Positions 27,723 to 42,285 of a stretch of 64,000 nt of DNA are shown piece by piece (the stretch's first letter is position 1; the number at the start of each line of letters is the position of its first letter). The notes below the pieces were generated by a model that was given only the letters and a program-made list of their open reading frames with translations, had not been told where the DNA came from and ran no database searches. The stretch comes from Octopus vulgaris (Eukaryota): positions 27,466,001 through 27,530,000 of the forward strand of contig OX597816.1 of NCBI GenBank assembly GCA_951406725.2, read 5' to 3'. A program made the translations under genes and the position numbers.

Positions 27723-28550
27723 GGTGGTTGTGAGTTTTTAAAATCCTTCTTGGTGTTATTTTGCTGCAGGTGCTGATGCGTGACAATTTCGGATGCTTTG
27801 GGGTGTATCGTCTATGTTTCTGATTTTTTCGCCCTTTGCTTTTGTGCCTTTGAGATGGGTTAGATAGAAGCTGCATTTGTGTGTGCTTTGTGTGTGTGTG
27901 TGAGAGAGAGAGTGTGTTGTGTTTGTGTGGGGGGCATGTGCGCGCGCGTGCACTTTGCTGTAGTTCTTGATCCAGGTGTTGAAATTGTTGATGTGGCATA
28001 AGTAGTAAAGGATTTTTTAATTCTTTTAATCAGAAGATGGAAAGCCTTCTCATGATCTGCATCTCTTACATTTCTTCCAACCACTTGGAGTTTTACAAAT
28101 TTTCACCAGATTATTCTGATACAAATATAGTTTTGAGGTAGTTTTTCATGCTGATAACGCAAATCAAAATTGATAATATAGTAGTTAGAAGTAATTACAT
28201 TATGTAATTTTAGCCGACCGAGAACATCCATTGATGGTATATACGTTGAGATTGACTATAATCTAAAAATGTTAACGTCTAAAAAACAAAAAAGGACGAA
28301 GCACTCTGCGACGGATGTAATCCTTTATCGAACTCACGACTCTGGAATCACTTAGTGGGCACCACAGGTCAATATCCAATGTAGTGTCTCTTCTACACAT
28401 ACACAAATACGCACAAATAAATGTGAATCGGCAGACAGGCACATACACACACATAGACGTGCACCTGTACAATCATATACTATTTGGATATATTTCTCTT
28501 GAAATACACATGTATATACGTACATCCATGCCTACACACATGCACATAAA

Positions 28551-28592
<42 letters not shown>

Positions 28593-28603
28593 TTGTGCGT
28601 ATA

Positions 28604-28662
<59 letters not shown>

Positions 28663-29178
28663 ATATACATACATACATACAAACACACACACATATTCCC
28701 AAGTGACCGGCGTTCGGCCAAGCCTGTTCTTTCTTGGTCTGGCGGTTGTCCGTGCAACATCGATATTCCTCCCTGTGTTTGTTAAATCTTGTATCCCTGC
28801 CGTAAGGCTTCATTTCCACACCTCCCAGCTTAATCTAATTCGTCCTTAGTCGAAAGATACCTGTTGTTATGTCCTGTTATTATATTTATTGTATTTGTGT
28901 AACCTTGTCCGTTTTTTCCGTCCTTGTTTTTGTATACATTCGCTGCTTTCTTTCAAGGAATCTAATGCTCTTAACTTAGTTTTTCCTTGGGGGTGGCCAG
29001 ATTGGAGCAATCTCAAGTATAATCAGCCGAAATTGCGAAGATGATCTGGCACTTGACTGAGGAAAGAAAATTTCGAATGACCCGCTCTTGTTTACTTTGC
29101 ATCGTCTATCTGGATATTTTGTTGTCCCCTTTTTGTATCAACTGTCCGGAAGTTTTGCGTTTTTGTCCCATTTTGTAT

Positions 29179-29245
<67 letters not shown>

Positions 29246-29424
29246 TAAATAAATAAATAGGGTAAGCAACAGGTTGCTTAGCCACATACCGAAAATTTAG
29301 AAATAGCAGTCAAAAACCGCTTATTTCTATTTTCTACAAATATAACTCCACATATAACATATACATGTAACTCATATACATATGTAGAAAGAAGGAAAAA
29401 TAACGAAAACAAAGTCTTCGGTCA

Positions 29425-29483
29425 GTTACGGACACGTTTCTGGGTTAGAATTATAAATAATTTCATTCCGTCTTCAGCGTAAC
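29425..29483 (-). ncRNA. Minimal type-I hammerhead ribozyme motif (Penelope-like element type)
   Basis: Minus strand: GTTACG-CTGAAGA-cggaatgaaattatttataattctaaccca-GAAA-cgtg-TC-CGTAAC. Perfect 6-bp stem I, CUGANGA and GAAA cores, GUC cleavage triplet, short near-palindromic stem III. Confidence 0.7.
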
Positions 29484-29819
29484 ATTCCTGTATATACAAG
29501 CAGAGAGACATGCACAGACATACACTCGGTCAAGCAGAAAAAAAGAATGACGAAACATTGTGCCGCAACACCGTTTATTGTCTCACCCAAGTGCTTTCCA
29601 TCTGTTGTGGTGGTTCTTAATGACATTCAAATTAAAGTCAATCTCCACGGATATAATCTTTCGTCGAACTGACGATACTTAAAAGACTTACAGGGTCAAA
29701 CATATATCAAATGCACTTATTTTTTATGATGAAATTTAAAGTTTAAAGGAAAAGACGGTGGTGGTGGTGAGGGTAGAAAGAGTTGGTTGCCAATGTTGTT
29801 ATTGTATGAAGTATAGTGT

Positions 29820-30162
29820 TGTGAAGGCGCGTGGCTCAGTGGTTAGAACGTCGAGCTTACGATCGTGAGGTTGTGAGCTCGAATCCCGGACCGGGTTGCG
29901 TGTTGTGTTCTTGAGCAAGATACTTTATTTCACGTTGCTTCAGTCCACTCAGCTTTAGAAATGAGTTGCGACGTCACAGGTGCCAAGCTGTATCGGCCCT
30001 CGCCTTTCCCTTGGACAACATCGGTGACGTGGAGAGAGGAGGCCGGTATGCAAGGGCGACTGCTGGTCTTCCATAAAAAAACAACCTTGCCCAGACTTGT
30101 GCCTCAGAGGGTAACTCTCTAGGTGCAAACCCATGGTCAGTGTCTGACCGAAGGGGGTCACC
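29820..30162 (+). mobile_element. tRNA-derived CORE-SINE with a different 3' module
   Basis: gtggctcagtggttag (A box), gagctcgaatccc (B box) and gtgttcttgagcaagatactttatttcac. Head is shared with the 8400 copy; the tail differs. Confidence 0.8.
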
Positions 30163-30691
30163 ACCACCATAGTGTTGATGATGATGATGATAACGGTATT
30201 GACGTTATTCTTTCTCCACTACCAACCCTTGTAAAGCATTTTTGTCATAAGAATAGAAAAACACATTTAATATCGACTTATAGGACCCTCTAAGTATTAT
30301 AAATATCGGGAGTTCGCTAAAAGAGCAAATCAGTGAAGATTCTGGCACATTGTTGCTTCCTTTTAGCTTTTTTTATATTTGAACTTTATGGTACAGACTA
30401 CAGTAGATTTGGTTGCTATTTCTTACAGGTTGAGAAACTAAGTAAAGGTTTTGCGTATTCTGTTCCCATGGGATCAGCAGTCGCAGTTGCCGGACTGTCT
30501 GGCAATGTAGATTGCAAAGTGGTTAAAATTACATAACTTTCACTGCTTGTAGCATCTTCATTATCAATTTCTAGAAAATATGAATGCAGAACAATATTTG
30601 CTGCTTGAAAATAATCTGGTAAAAATTTGCAAAATTTCGAGTGGTTCGGAGAAATTTTTACAAGATTCTCACAGCCACAATCACAAAGCCT

Positions 30692-30692
30692 G

Positions 30693-30725
<33 letters not shown>

Positions 30726-30754
30726 CCATCATCACCACCACCACCACCACCACC

Positions 30755-30787
<33 letters not shown>

Positions 30788-30796
30788 TTCATCATC

Positions 30797-30838
<42 letters not shown>

Positions 30839-30865
30839 ACACCACAACCACTGCTGTTGCTGCTG

Positions 30866-30910
<45 letters not shown>

Positions 30911-30970
30911 TTACTACTACTTCTACCACTACCACCACCGCCACCACCACCACCACCGCTGCTGCTGCTG

Positions 30971-31017
<47 letters not shown>

Positions 31018-31057
31018 GCTACTACTACTGCTGCTACTACTACTGCTACTACTACTG

Positions 31058-31131
<74 letters not shown>

Positions 31132-31141
31132 GCTGCTGCTA
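30692..31141. repeat. Compound trinucleotide array (CAT)n-(CAC)n-(TAC)n-(TGC)n
   Basis: Read directly from the sequence. Confidence 0.95.
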
Positions 31142-33099
31142 CACATTCCTAACATTTTGTGTTAATTCTACTGGAGCCTTGTTTAATTGCAATTAAAACT
31201 TGTCGGTTAAATATCTTTCTTTCAGAATATACATTGTAACTGAGAGGTGTCAATCGTCTCAAACAATCTTGAAAGAAAAATGAGAAAATAGAGGAGAGAG
31301 AGAGAGAGAGGGGAAGAGGGAGGGAAGAGAGAGAGGAGAGAGAGATAGAGAGAGAGGGAAAAAGGGAGAAAATAAAAATTATGTGAACAGTGAGCACTTC
31401 AGCAAAACAATGACTGTTACTCTTATAATAAGAATGGAGGAAGAATCTGGTTATATGATATACGTTGAGCAATGGAGTGTAGATAAGAACTCAGCTTGAA
31501 ATAACATAGCATAGTGTGACGATCTGTGGGGAAAGAGGAGTGTTTGGTGGATAGATAATGGTAGGGTGAGTGAGAGAATGAGATAAATTATAGTGGTGGT
31601 TGCCTGAGGTGAACCATTGTATCGTGTCACTGATATACGCCTTCATCTATCTGTTCACACTGGAGAGGTGCTGATACCATTTAAGTCTTAGGTCAGGTTG
31701 TTGATATTATAGCGCTTTTCATAAGCAATTCGTTATCATTAATTACTGCCTGATATTGTTTAGGCTGAGGTCTATTAAAATCCCCAAAATGTTAATGCTT
31801 TGATCGTCCAATAATTTCAGGAATGGTTGTAAGGTTAACAATTTCGTTTACCAACTACGAGATTTTGGGCTGTGCCCCGTTGTATAGCACCATAGCCAAG
31901 TGTCTTCTACCTTAACTTCGAGTTGACTAAAGTTTGTCGGTGAAATTTCTTAGAAAAATAAAGAACTCTATGGAGGCCTTATTGGAGGGATCGTTCGTGC
32001 AACAGGACAATGAATTTAATCCACTGTCAGATTTAGAAAAATTATGTACGTCTTGTGTTCAGCAGTGTTCAGTCTGTTGTTAATAGATAAGGTTTCCGGT
32101 TTGAGGGTAACCTTTTCCTTGTCACACACCACTCACAGAACCCTTGAAAAGATATTAAAATAATTTAGGCCTATATTATCCAAGATGGTATTCTTTGTCA
32201 GGGTGTCACTTAAAAGGAGATGTGACTGCTGCTTTTAGCCGGTCAATAGACACTATCGTGACTCCCTTATTGCCTCGTAATTGTTGTTAGAATCTTATCA
32301 ATTCTGATTGAGTATAATCAAAGCCGTTCTAGATGTGACTATACCATCTTATTTTTCTGACATAAAAGCGCAAACGGATCTCTGTCGGTTTCGACGATTC
32401 TTAATTTAGGGTCACAGAATCATAGTGTAGATGGCTGATTATTCCTCAGACATATGTACTTTAACGTATTTCTCAGGTAAAATCAGTGACGTGAATTACT
32501 GGTACAAATCCGACGAGCTTCCATTGTTTCCATCTACCAAATTTTCCTCACATGGTTCGGGTCGACTCAAAGATATAGTAAAAGGCACTTGCCCAAGATA
32601 CCATGCTATGGTATTGAACCCTAGACCACATGATTGTGTAGTGAATGTCATAAAAAGTCGGATATTCCTGCGTCCATAATGCATGTTGGACAACATTATC
32701 TGCTGTCATTAAATTTTAACGCAAAAGGATTGCAATTCGAGGGAGATTTGGTTGTTATTTCAAGCTGACCGAGCCAACAGCGAAAATTCACTTCATTACT
32801 TTACCGGATGAACGTTGATATTAGCATTCTGTTAGAAAAATCAAAGCCTATAGGCGCTTCAACTCATTTAAACCTCACTATACCTCAATCATTGATAACC
32901 CACTCGAAAACTATTCATCCAATCGCTTCTTCCCAGAACTTCAAAATCCATGGAAAAAATATCTGATTTGATTTTCTTACATAGATTTATCTGTAGTTTA
33001 ACTATACCTCTATCGATCCCTCTTTCTCAAACTTACAAAAATAATATGATCGTGTTGGCAGTTATGGCGACTGGCCATTTCCCGATACCGGTAAAACAG

Positions 33100-33450
33100 G
33101 CAAGGACAGGTACAAATATGTCCCAAGCACAACATGTATTGCATGAAACTGAAAACTAACAATTATTACATGATAAAGAAGAACATTATGAAATTTTTAA
33201 GAAAGAAATTGTTGGAAAAACTGCAAATCACTACATTCTTCTGTCTATTGTGAAAAGACCGAAAACAAACTGATTTTCTCGAAGAATACAGCATCATGGT
33301 ATGATGAATATAGAGGGATGTTCAGAAAAAGATGGAGAAGAATGATAAGGGAATTATTGAAGAACATCAAGAAATGGTATGAGGAAGATGTGGAAGATAT
33401 GATGTTGGCTGATGACGAGGAAAGATAACAGGACGAGTTAGTGTCTCTTG
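33100..33450 (+). mobile_element. Highly decayed RTE-like LINE 3' region
   Basis: Remnants ILLSIVKR and NIKKW...VEDMML resemble the RTE C-terminus. Heavily disrupted. Confidence 0.35.
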
Positions 33451-33663
33451 CTATGTATGAAGAGTTTTGGTCGGAAAAAATTCGGGGAGGATTTAGTGTC
33501 CCGTGAAGCTATAATTTTGTTTGGAAAGATAAAGAAAGGGTTAGTGTTGCTGTACAACTAGAATTTTGTGAGCAAACAACTTACATTACACATACCATAC
33601 ACAACAGACGAAACACTAAACTAACATCAATAACAAAATTCTAGTTGCACAGCAACACTACCC

Positions 33664-33735
<72 letters not shown>

Positions 33736-33761
33736 CCATCCATCCATCCATCCATCCATAC

Positions 33762-33821
<60 letters not shown>

Positions 33822-33984
33822 ATAGATAAGTGGTACCAGAAGGCACCAATATTTGCTGGAAAATAGCAATGGAAGCTATTTTCCAGTAAATATTGGTGCT
33901 TTGTTGTACCACCTATCTCTGTTTATATGTATATTTCTACCCTTATGGGGCTTTATTTTACTGGAAAGTAATACATTTGTATTG

Positions 33985-34023
<39 letters not shown>

Positions 34024-34025
<2 letters not shown>

Positions 34026-34250
34026 CTGAAACTAGTCTGCAGATGCCTGACCAGCAAGCGGAAGGGGCTGACCTCCCCTGTTCTAGTTATAATGGACACA
34101 GGTTCGTGTGTCACATAGCTACGTAGAGGCGATGGCCTCTTGGAGCTAATCAACGGCAGCATTCGTCCTATATTTCTGGACTGCCATATTAGCTTGGCGA
34201 TAGCTATTAATGTCCAGTACCGCTGCCGTAGTCTCCTTTGGAGAGACATA
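34024..34250. other. Compact, extensively self-complementary element between (TA)n tracts
   Basis: About ten helices are readable by eye (listed in findings). Confidence 0.6.
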
Positions 34251-34257
34251 TTAAATA

Positions 34258-34295
<38 letters not shown>

Positions 34296-34320
34296 GTATA
34301 TATATATATATATGACCATT

Positions 34321-34424
<104 letters not shown>

Positions 34425-35017
34425 CACCATTTCCAAAAAACAAGAACAAAAGTAACATATATAACCCCAGAATACGGAAACGTACCTTGTGATGAAATAG
34501 TAACTAACAGCAAACAATTGAAGCACAAGACCATCACTTTTGGAGGGCAAAGGGTTAATCGATTAAATCGACTCCAGCATTTGAGTGGTATTTTATTTCG
34601 TCAAAGCTATAGAGGTGAAAGGCAAAGTTGATCTCGGTGAGATTTGAACTCGGAACACGCTCTAACGATTCTACGAGTCTGAATCTCTCAAACTTTTAAG
34701 CTGACGTGAGTCTTTCTGTTTCCTCTTTTTCCTGTTGAGCACTTTTTACTATTGAGTGTATCTTTCGATACCTTCACTACAAGATATATGAGTGATTCGG
34801 ATGAATGAAGAACTATATCTTGGAAGGGTTGGTGGTTTTGTCCGCTGTTTTTTTTTTTGGTGGGGTTCTCTGTTGTTGTTGATGCAGCCCTTGAGTTCGG
34901 TGCTTCTGTTGTTATTTTTGCTGCTGTTCTTTCCCCTATTGATTTTGTTGTAGTAAGTGCTGCTTCATTCGTTGCAGTTGCTGCTGCAATCACCTTTGCA
35001 TGTACGAAGAACTTGAG

Positions 35018-35435
35018 AAGGCGAAGAGCTGGCAGAAACGTTAGCACGGCGGGCGAAATGCGTAGCCGTATTTCGTCTGCCGTTACGTTCCGAGTTCAAA
35101 TTTCACCGAGGTCGACTTTACCTTTCATCTTTTCGGGGTCGATAAATTAAGTACCAGTTACTCACTGGGGTCGATGCAATCGACTTAATCCGTTTGTCTG
35201 TCCATGTTTGTCTCCTCTGTGTTTAGCCCCTTGTGGGTAGTAAATAAATAGGCATTTCGTCTGCCGCTACGTTCTCAGTTCAAATTCCGCCGAGGGCGAC
35301 TTTACCTTTCATCCTTTCGGGGTCGATAAATTAAGTACCATTTATGCACTGGGGTCGATGTAATCGACTTAATCCGTTTGTCTGTACCTGCTTGTCCACT
35401 CTGTGCGTAGCCCCTTGTGGGCAAGAAAGAAATAA
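35018..35435 (+). mobile_element. Meta-like SINE tandem dimer, ~12-bp TSD
   Basis: Two units. gaagaacttgag at 35006-35017 and gaagaactcgag at 35436-35447. Confidence 0.85.
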
Positions 35436-36071
35436 GAAGAACTCGAGGTGAATAATGTGCTCGAGTGCTGGGGTGTTGTACGGTTGTGGTGAGTCTAGTG
35501 AGGAGAGGTATAGTATAGTGAAGTGTGGTGTGATGAAATATGGCCGGGTGGAGGTAGTGTAGGGACGTGCAGTGCTATATGGTGCAGTACTGAGTAGTAA
35601 ATGTGATAAAAGCGAAATTATCTTCTACAGATCGGACTAACGTAGTGTATGATGTGATTTAGTGAGATGTAGAATAGACATGATGCTGTGTGGTGTGGCG
35701 TAGTGGCTGTGTGTCCGGTGGTGGTGGTGGTGGTGGTGGGGCGTTAGTTGATGTAATGTGATGTACTCAGAGGCCGGTACACTTGGCAAAGAAGTATTTT
35801 GGACTCAAAAACTAAATGGAGTTATTAAAAAATAACCCCCCCAAAAACAAACAATAGACAGAAATTTTAAGTCAAATAGTAAAATAAAATAAAATAAAAT
35901 AAAAGGACGAAATGAATGTAGCTTTTTCAGCCAGACGATGAAAACAGATAAAAATGATAATTGCAAGAGGCATTAGAATAGATTGTTGCTATTTAAATAG
36001 TAAAAGTCAAAGTGGTAGAATAACTCAGATAAGTTTTCAACAACATTCAATCCTGTCTGAACGGCGATGGC

Positions 36072-37765
<1,694 letters not shown>

Positions 37766-38094
37766 TAAATGCTGAAAAGAGCTTATTGTTGTTTGGTGAC
37801 TAGTGGTGAATATAGCACATCAGTTTTCAGACTTCAATTTCAATGCAACGCAACTAGTCAATGTACCAAAGAACAGGAAGTTTAAGTTCTGGCGGTGGTC
37901 GCTTGATCTGTAGGAAATAGCTGCCAATTCTCTCTTCCTTTATATCCTACAACCTCAGGAAGGGAATGGAAAGAGACGGAAAGAAAAAAGATGAGATAAT
38001 GTAATGCTGCAAATACTCCAGGTAAGAAACAGTGTGCATGATTTAAATGTCTTTTGATCATAGGTTTACTCAGTCAGAACAAACGCGAATATAG

Positions 38095-38475
38095 ATATCA
38101 AATTCTGTGGCAAAGCCAGCAATTCCAGGGAAGTGGATCGGTGGATTACATCGACCCCAGTATTCGACGTGTACTTATTTTATCGACCCCGAAAGGATGA
38201 ATGACAAAGTCCACCTCGGCGGAATATGAATTCAGAACGTGAAGACAAACGAAGTACCTATTTCCTTACTACCCACAAGGGGCTAAACACAGAGGGGACA
38301 AACAAGGACAGACAAACGGATAAGTCGATTACATCGACCCCAGTGTATAACTGGTACTTAATTTATCGACCCCGAAAGGATGAAAGGCGGAATTTGAACT
38401 CAGAACGTAACGGCAGACGAAATACGGCTACGCATTTCGCCCGGCGTGCTAACGTTTCTGCCAGCTCGCCGGCTT
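38095..38475 (-). mobile_element. Two adjacent Meta-like SINE units (older variant + younger copy)
   Basis: atcgaccccgaaaggatga occurs twice; the head ctgccagctcgcc is at ~38460. Confidence 0.8.
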
Positions 38476-38996
38476 AGAACAAACAATAAGGTAACAAGTA
38501 GCTAGAAATTAAACACCCTGACAAAATAAACTGGCGATGTACACCAACAGGAGTGGTCTAAGCTCAACCAATTCCCACATAAGATAAGAATACAATTCTG
38601 CACAAATATCAAGAATACGGAGGTGCATCAGGTGATGCAGTACAAACATGCATCCATCTCCCGAAGAACAAAATATAAACAACGGTTTCTGATTTAGATA
38701 CAAAACCAGGAACTTTTAGAGTAGTGGTTAGCTGATCCCAGTATTAAACTAATACTTTTCTCATCGACCCTGGAGTGATGAAAAGTGAAGTTGATCTCGG
38801 CAGGATTTGAAACCAGAATGTAAAGTGAACACACTCTGCAAAACGTTTTCGAACCATCTAACGATCCTGGCAATCCACTACGCAAATACTTGTTTCTGAT
38901 TCAGACACAAAACTAATAGGTTTTGTTGCGAGAAGATTAGTCAGTTTCGGTGGGGTTTGAATTCTGAACATGTAGATATAAATACATATACGAATA

Positions 38997-39225
38997 AATA
39001 CCTATTTCTTTATTACCCACAAGGGGCTAAACATAGAGGGGACAAACAATGACAGACATAGGTATTAATTCGATTACATCGACCCCAGTGCGTAACTGGT
39101 ACTTATTTAATCGACCCCGAAAGGATGAAAGGAAAAGTCGACCTCGGCGGAATTTGAACTCACAACGTAACGACAGACGAAATACCGCTAAGCATTTCGT
39201 TCGGCGTGCTAACTTTTCTGCCAGA
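38997..39225 (-). mobile_element. Meta-like SINE monomer
   Basis: Reverse complement of the 6402 family. Confidence 0.8.
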
Positions 39226-39901
39226 ATACCGCAAGTTAATTATCTGGCGCTCTAACGATTCTGCCATTCTAAGCAACGATAACAATAAATATTTCTTTCA
39301 ATAAAAAGAAGAGAAGAAGAAGAAAAAAAGAATTACAGCATCTCGGATTTGATAAGATAAGAAAATGAGGCCAGATGTAAGTTTTCAGAGAAGTATGATG
39401 CAGGAAGGCGTTACAAAAGTTACCGTTTTGTTAGAATTTTGAGATAAGGCAACAGTACAGCCTGCTAAAGATGGACGCTTTGACACTGAAAAAGGCTACA
39501 GTATCTAGGTTTAAATTTGTTACCGCCTACTATTTCATCTAAGTATCTTGGAAGGAAGAGATAAGTGAAATGTCTAATGTGCAGTAAAGACAGCCAAACT
39601 CTTTGGATCGATCTGCGTTCCACCAGACACGCACGCTCGCACACACATAGACACACAGACACGCATAGACACACGCACGGAACCCCCCCCACACACACTC
39701 TCTCCCTCACACATATGTATGTGTGTGAGTATGTATATATATGTGTGTGTCTCCATATAGTTATCAATAACCTTCCTTCTCTTGGGACTTTATAAATTCT
39801 TGTTTATCAGGCTTCCGATTTTGCACTTTTAATACAAAATCCGCAGCTACTGTGATTTTAGCATCTTAGATGGGAGAGTTACGTGAGCCCTAATTAACTG
39901 T

Positions 39902-40285
39902 GGTGGAGGCGCAATGGCCCAGTGGTTAGGGCAGCAGACTCGTGGTTATAGGATCGCGGTTTCGATTCCCAGACCGGGCGTTGTGAGTGTTTATTGAGCG
40001 AAAACACCTAAAGCTCCACGAGGCTCCGGCAAGGGGTGGTGATCCCTGCTGTGCTCTTTCACCACAACTTTCTCTCACTCTTACTTCCTGTTTCTGTTGT
40101 ACCTGTATTTCAAAGGGGCAGCCTTGTCACTCTCTGTGTCACGCTGAGTATCCCCGAGAACTACGTTAAGGGTACACGTGTCTGTGGAGTGCTCAGCCAC
40201 TTACACGTTAATTTCACGAGCAGGCTGTTCCGTTGATTCGGATCAACCGGAACCCTTGTCATCGTAACCGACGGAGTGCTTCCAT
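39902..40285 (+). mobile_element. tRNA-Arg-like-headed SINE, tail type A
   Basis: ggcccagtggttagggcagcagactcgtgg...ggtttcgattcccagacc, with A/B boxes and TCG at the anticodon position. Octopus tRNA-Arg SINEs (OR1/OR2) are known, but the family assignment is inference. Confidence 0.8.
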
Positions 40286-40454
40286 AAATTAACTGTGAAG
40301 AAAGCAAAGCCAGTATGTTCGATCTTCCATGAAGTCTGCTGAAGACACTATTGTGGCCTAATTTTACTGTAGATATAAATACATATACGTATATTTATTT
40401 TTACATTGTCTAGTCGCATTTGATACGCCCGAATCGGTTATATATATATATATG

Positions 40455-40544
<90 letters not shown>

Positions 40545-40553
40545 TACATATAT

Positions 40554-40625
<72 letters not shown>

Positions 40626-40631
40626 ATGTAA

Positions 40632-40942
40632 TGTGGAGGCGCAATGGCCCAGTGGTTAGGGCAGCGGACTCGCGGTCGTAGGATCGCGGTTTCGATTCCC
40701 AGACCGGGCGTTGTGAGTGTTTATTGAGCGAAAACACCTAAAAAAGCTCTACGAGGCTCCGGCAGGGGGTGGTGATCCCTGCTGTACTCTTCCACCACTC
40801 TTTCTCCCACTCTTTCTTCTGTTGGCCTGCTCGCTTAGCCAGCGGGGTGGCGTCATTCGAAGGCTAAAACGATGCGAACGCATTGTGACCAGCGATGTGT
40901 AACAACATCTGATGGTCTGGTCGGTCATGTGATCACGTGATA
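40632..40942 (+). mobile_element. tRNA-Arg-like-headed SINE, tail type B
   Basis: First ~170 bp near-identical to the 39902 copy, then an unrelated tail ending catctgatggtctggtcggtcatgtgat. Confidence 0.85.
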
Positions 40943-41421
40943 TATAATGTAATACTGTATATAACAAACCTACTTATAACGCGCCTTAGTCTTAATGGCT
41001 AAAATAAACTAATATCATTCTTTTTGACTCTGATTTAAGATATAAATAAATATTAACTTATTGATTTCTTTCGCTTGAATATAGCAACTAACGCTGTGTT
41101 CCAAATGATATGAATGAAATGAAAACAAACAAAAAAAAAAGCAACAGTAGAAAGTCGATATACAGGATGATGAACTCATAACGTCAAGTGTTCACTTCTT
41201 CAACTGTTAACATAAACCCCTTCAATCGTCTTAAATGAGTGTTAGAGATGATGTTAGCTAGCTGTGGTAGATATAGGCATGTTCTTACATTCTTAGATAC
41301 AAGAATGCTCGCTGTATTCATTTTATCAAGGGTTATTAAACACCGAAAAAGTGTCGCAATAGAGTTATTGTAATCTAATCTCCTTCAAACATATATAGTA
41401 ATGTCACTACACGTTTACATA

Positions 41422-42285
41422 GTCTGATCAATATGTATCGGGGCTGTTGCCATAGTAAGGAAGCTAAAGCATGCAGAGTGAAGCCGCTTGGCACAGACTG
41501 ATGTTCGATTCTGCAATGCATGGACACTAAAGTTTTAACGTTCTAGCTCACCCCCACTGTTTACTGAAGTACTTGGGAGTAAGGTGTGTAGCGTGTGATC
41601 GTCGCATTGACCATGACAGAAAAAGTTGACCAGAGAATCTGTATCAAATTTAGCCAAAAGCTTGGCGATACCTGATCAGAGACCTACGCAAAGTTTTCAA
41701 AATGTTTTCATCATTGTCGACACAATCAAGGAGATCTTGTGTAACTGAAACTCCGAGTGTCTTTATGATCAGCAGAAAGCAGTTTTAGTACAAACTTGGC
41801 AGACATGCGTCCCATACCCAAATCTTCAGTGATAATGGACTGAACTAAAACCGTAACTAATCTGCACATCCTCTGATAACTCACGGATGGTGATTCGACG
41901 ATTTCCCCTCACAGGTTCACACACATCTGCAATGTTTATCTCAGTTCTGCTGGCCGCGGGTCTCCCAGAACGTTCGTCAATATCGACATTTTGTCGGAAA
42001 TCTTGGAAATGTTTGAAACTCTCGTACACTTGTGTGCGGTTTACACACTCCTCTCCATACACTTTCTGCAACTTTGCGTAGGCTTCTGAACAGGTATCGC
42101 CATGACAACTTTCTCTGTCATGGTCAATACGACGATCACATGTTACACACCTTCCTTCCAAACACTACAGTAAACAGCGGAAGTGGGCTAGAACGTTAAA
42201 AAGCTAAGTCCAAGGTCAATCTTTGCCAAGCGGTTTCACTCTGCGTTTTTTAGCTTCGTTACTATGGCAACAGTCCGGATCAGAC
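41422..42285. mobile_element. Palindromic mariner derivative made of two inward-facing 5' ends
   Basis: Both ends read gtctgatc...ctgttgccatagtaa.gaagcta...accatgacaga.aaagttg. Left end encodes MTEKVDQRICIKFSQKLGDT; right end (minus) encodes ...DTCSEAYAKLQKVYGEECVNRTQVYE...DERSGRP...NRRITIRELSE. Confidence 0.8.

Noticed and set aside
30580-31196. Poly-His/Thr 190-aa ORF
   Set aside because: Trinucleotide repeat open in all + frames; no domain or splice evidence.
39902-39980. tRNA-like sequences (also at 8570-8650, 29822-29895, 40632-40710, 58580-58650)
   Set aside because: They are SINE heads: no closed acceptor stem, and each continues into a SINE body.
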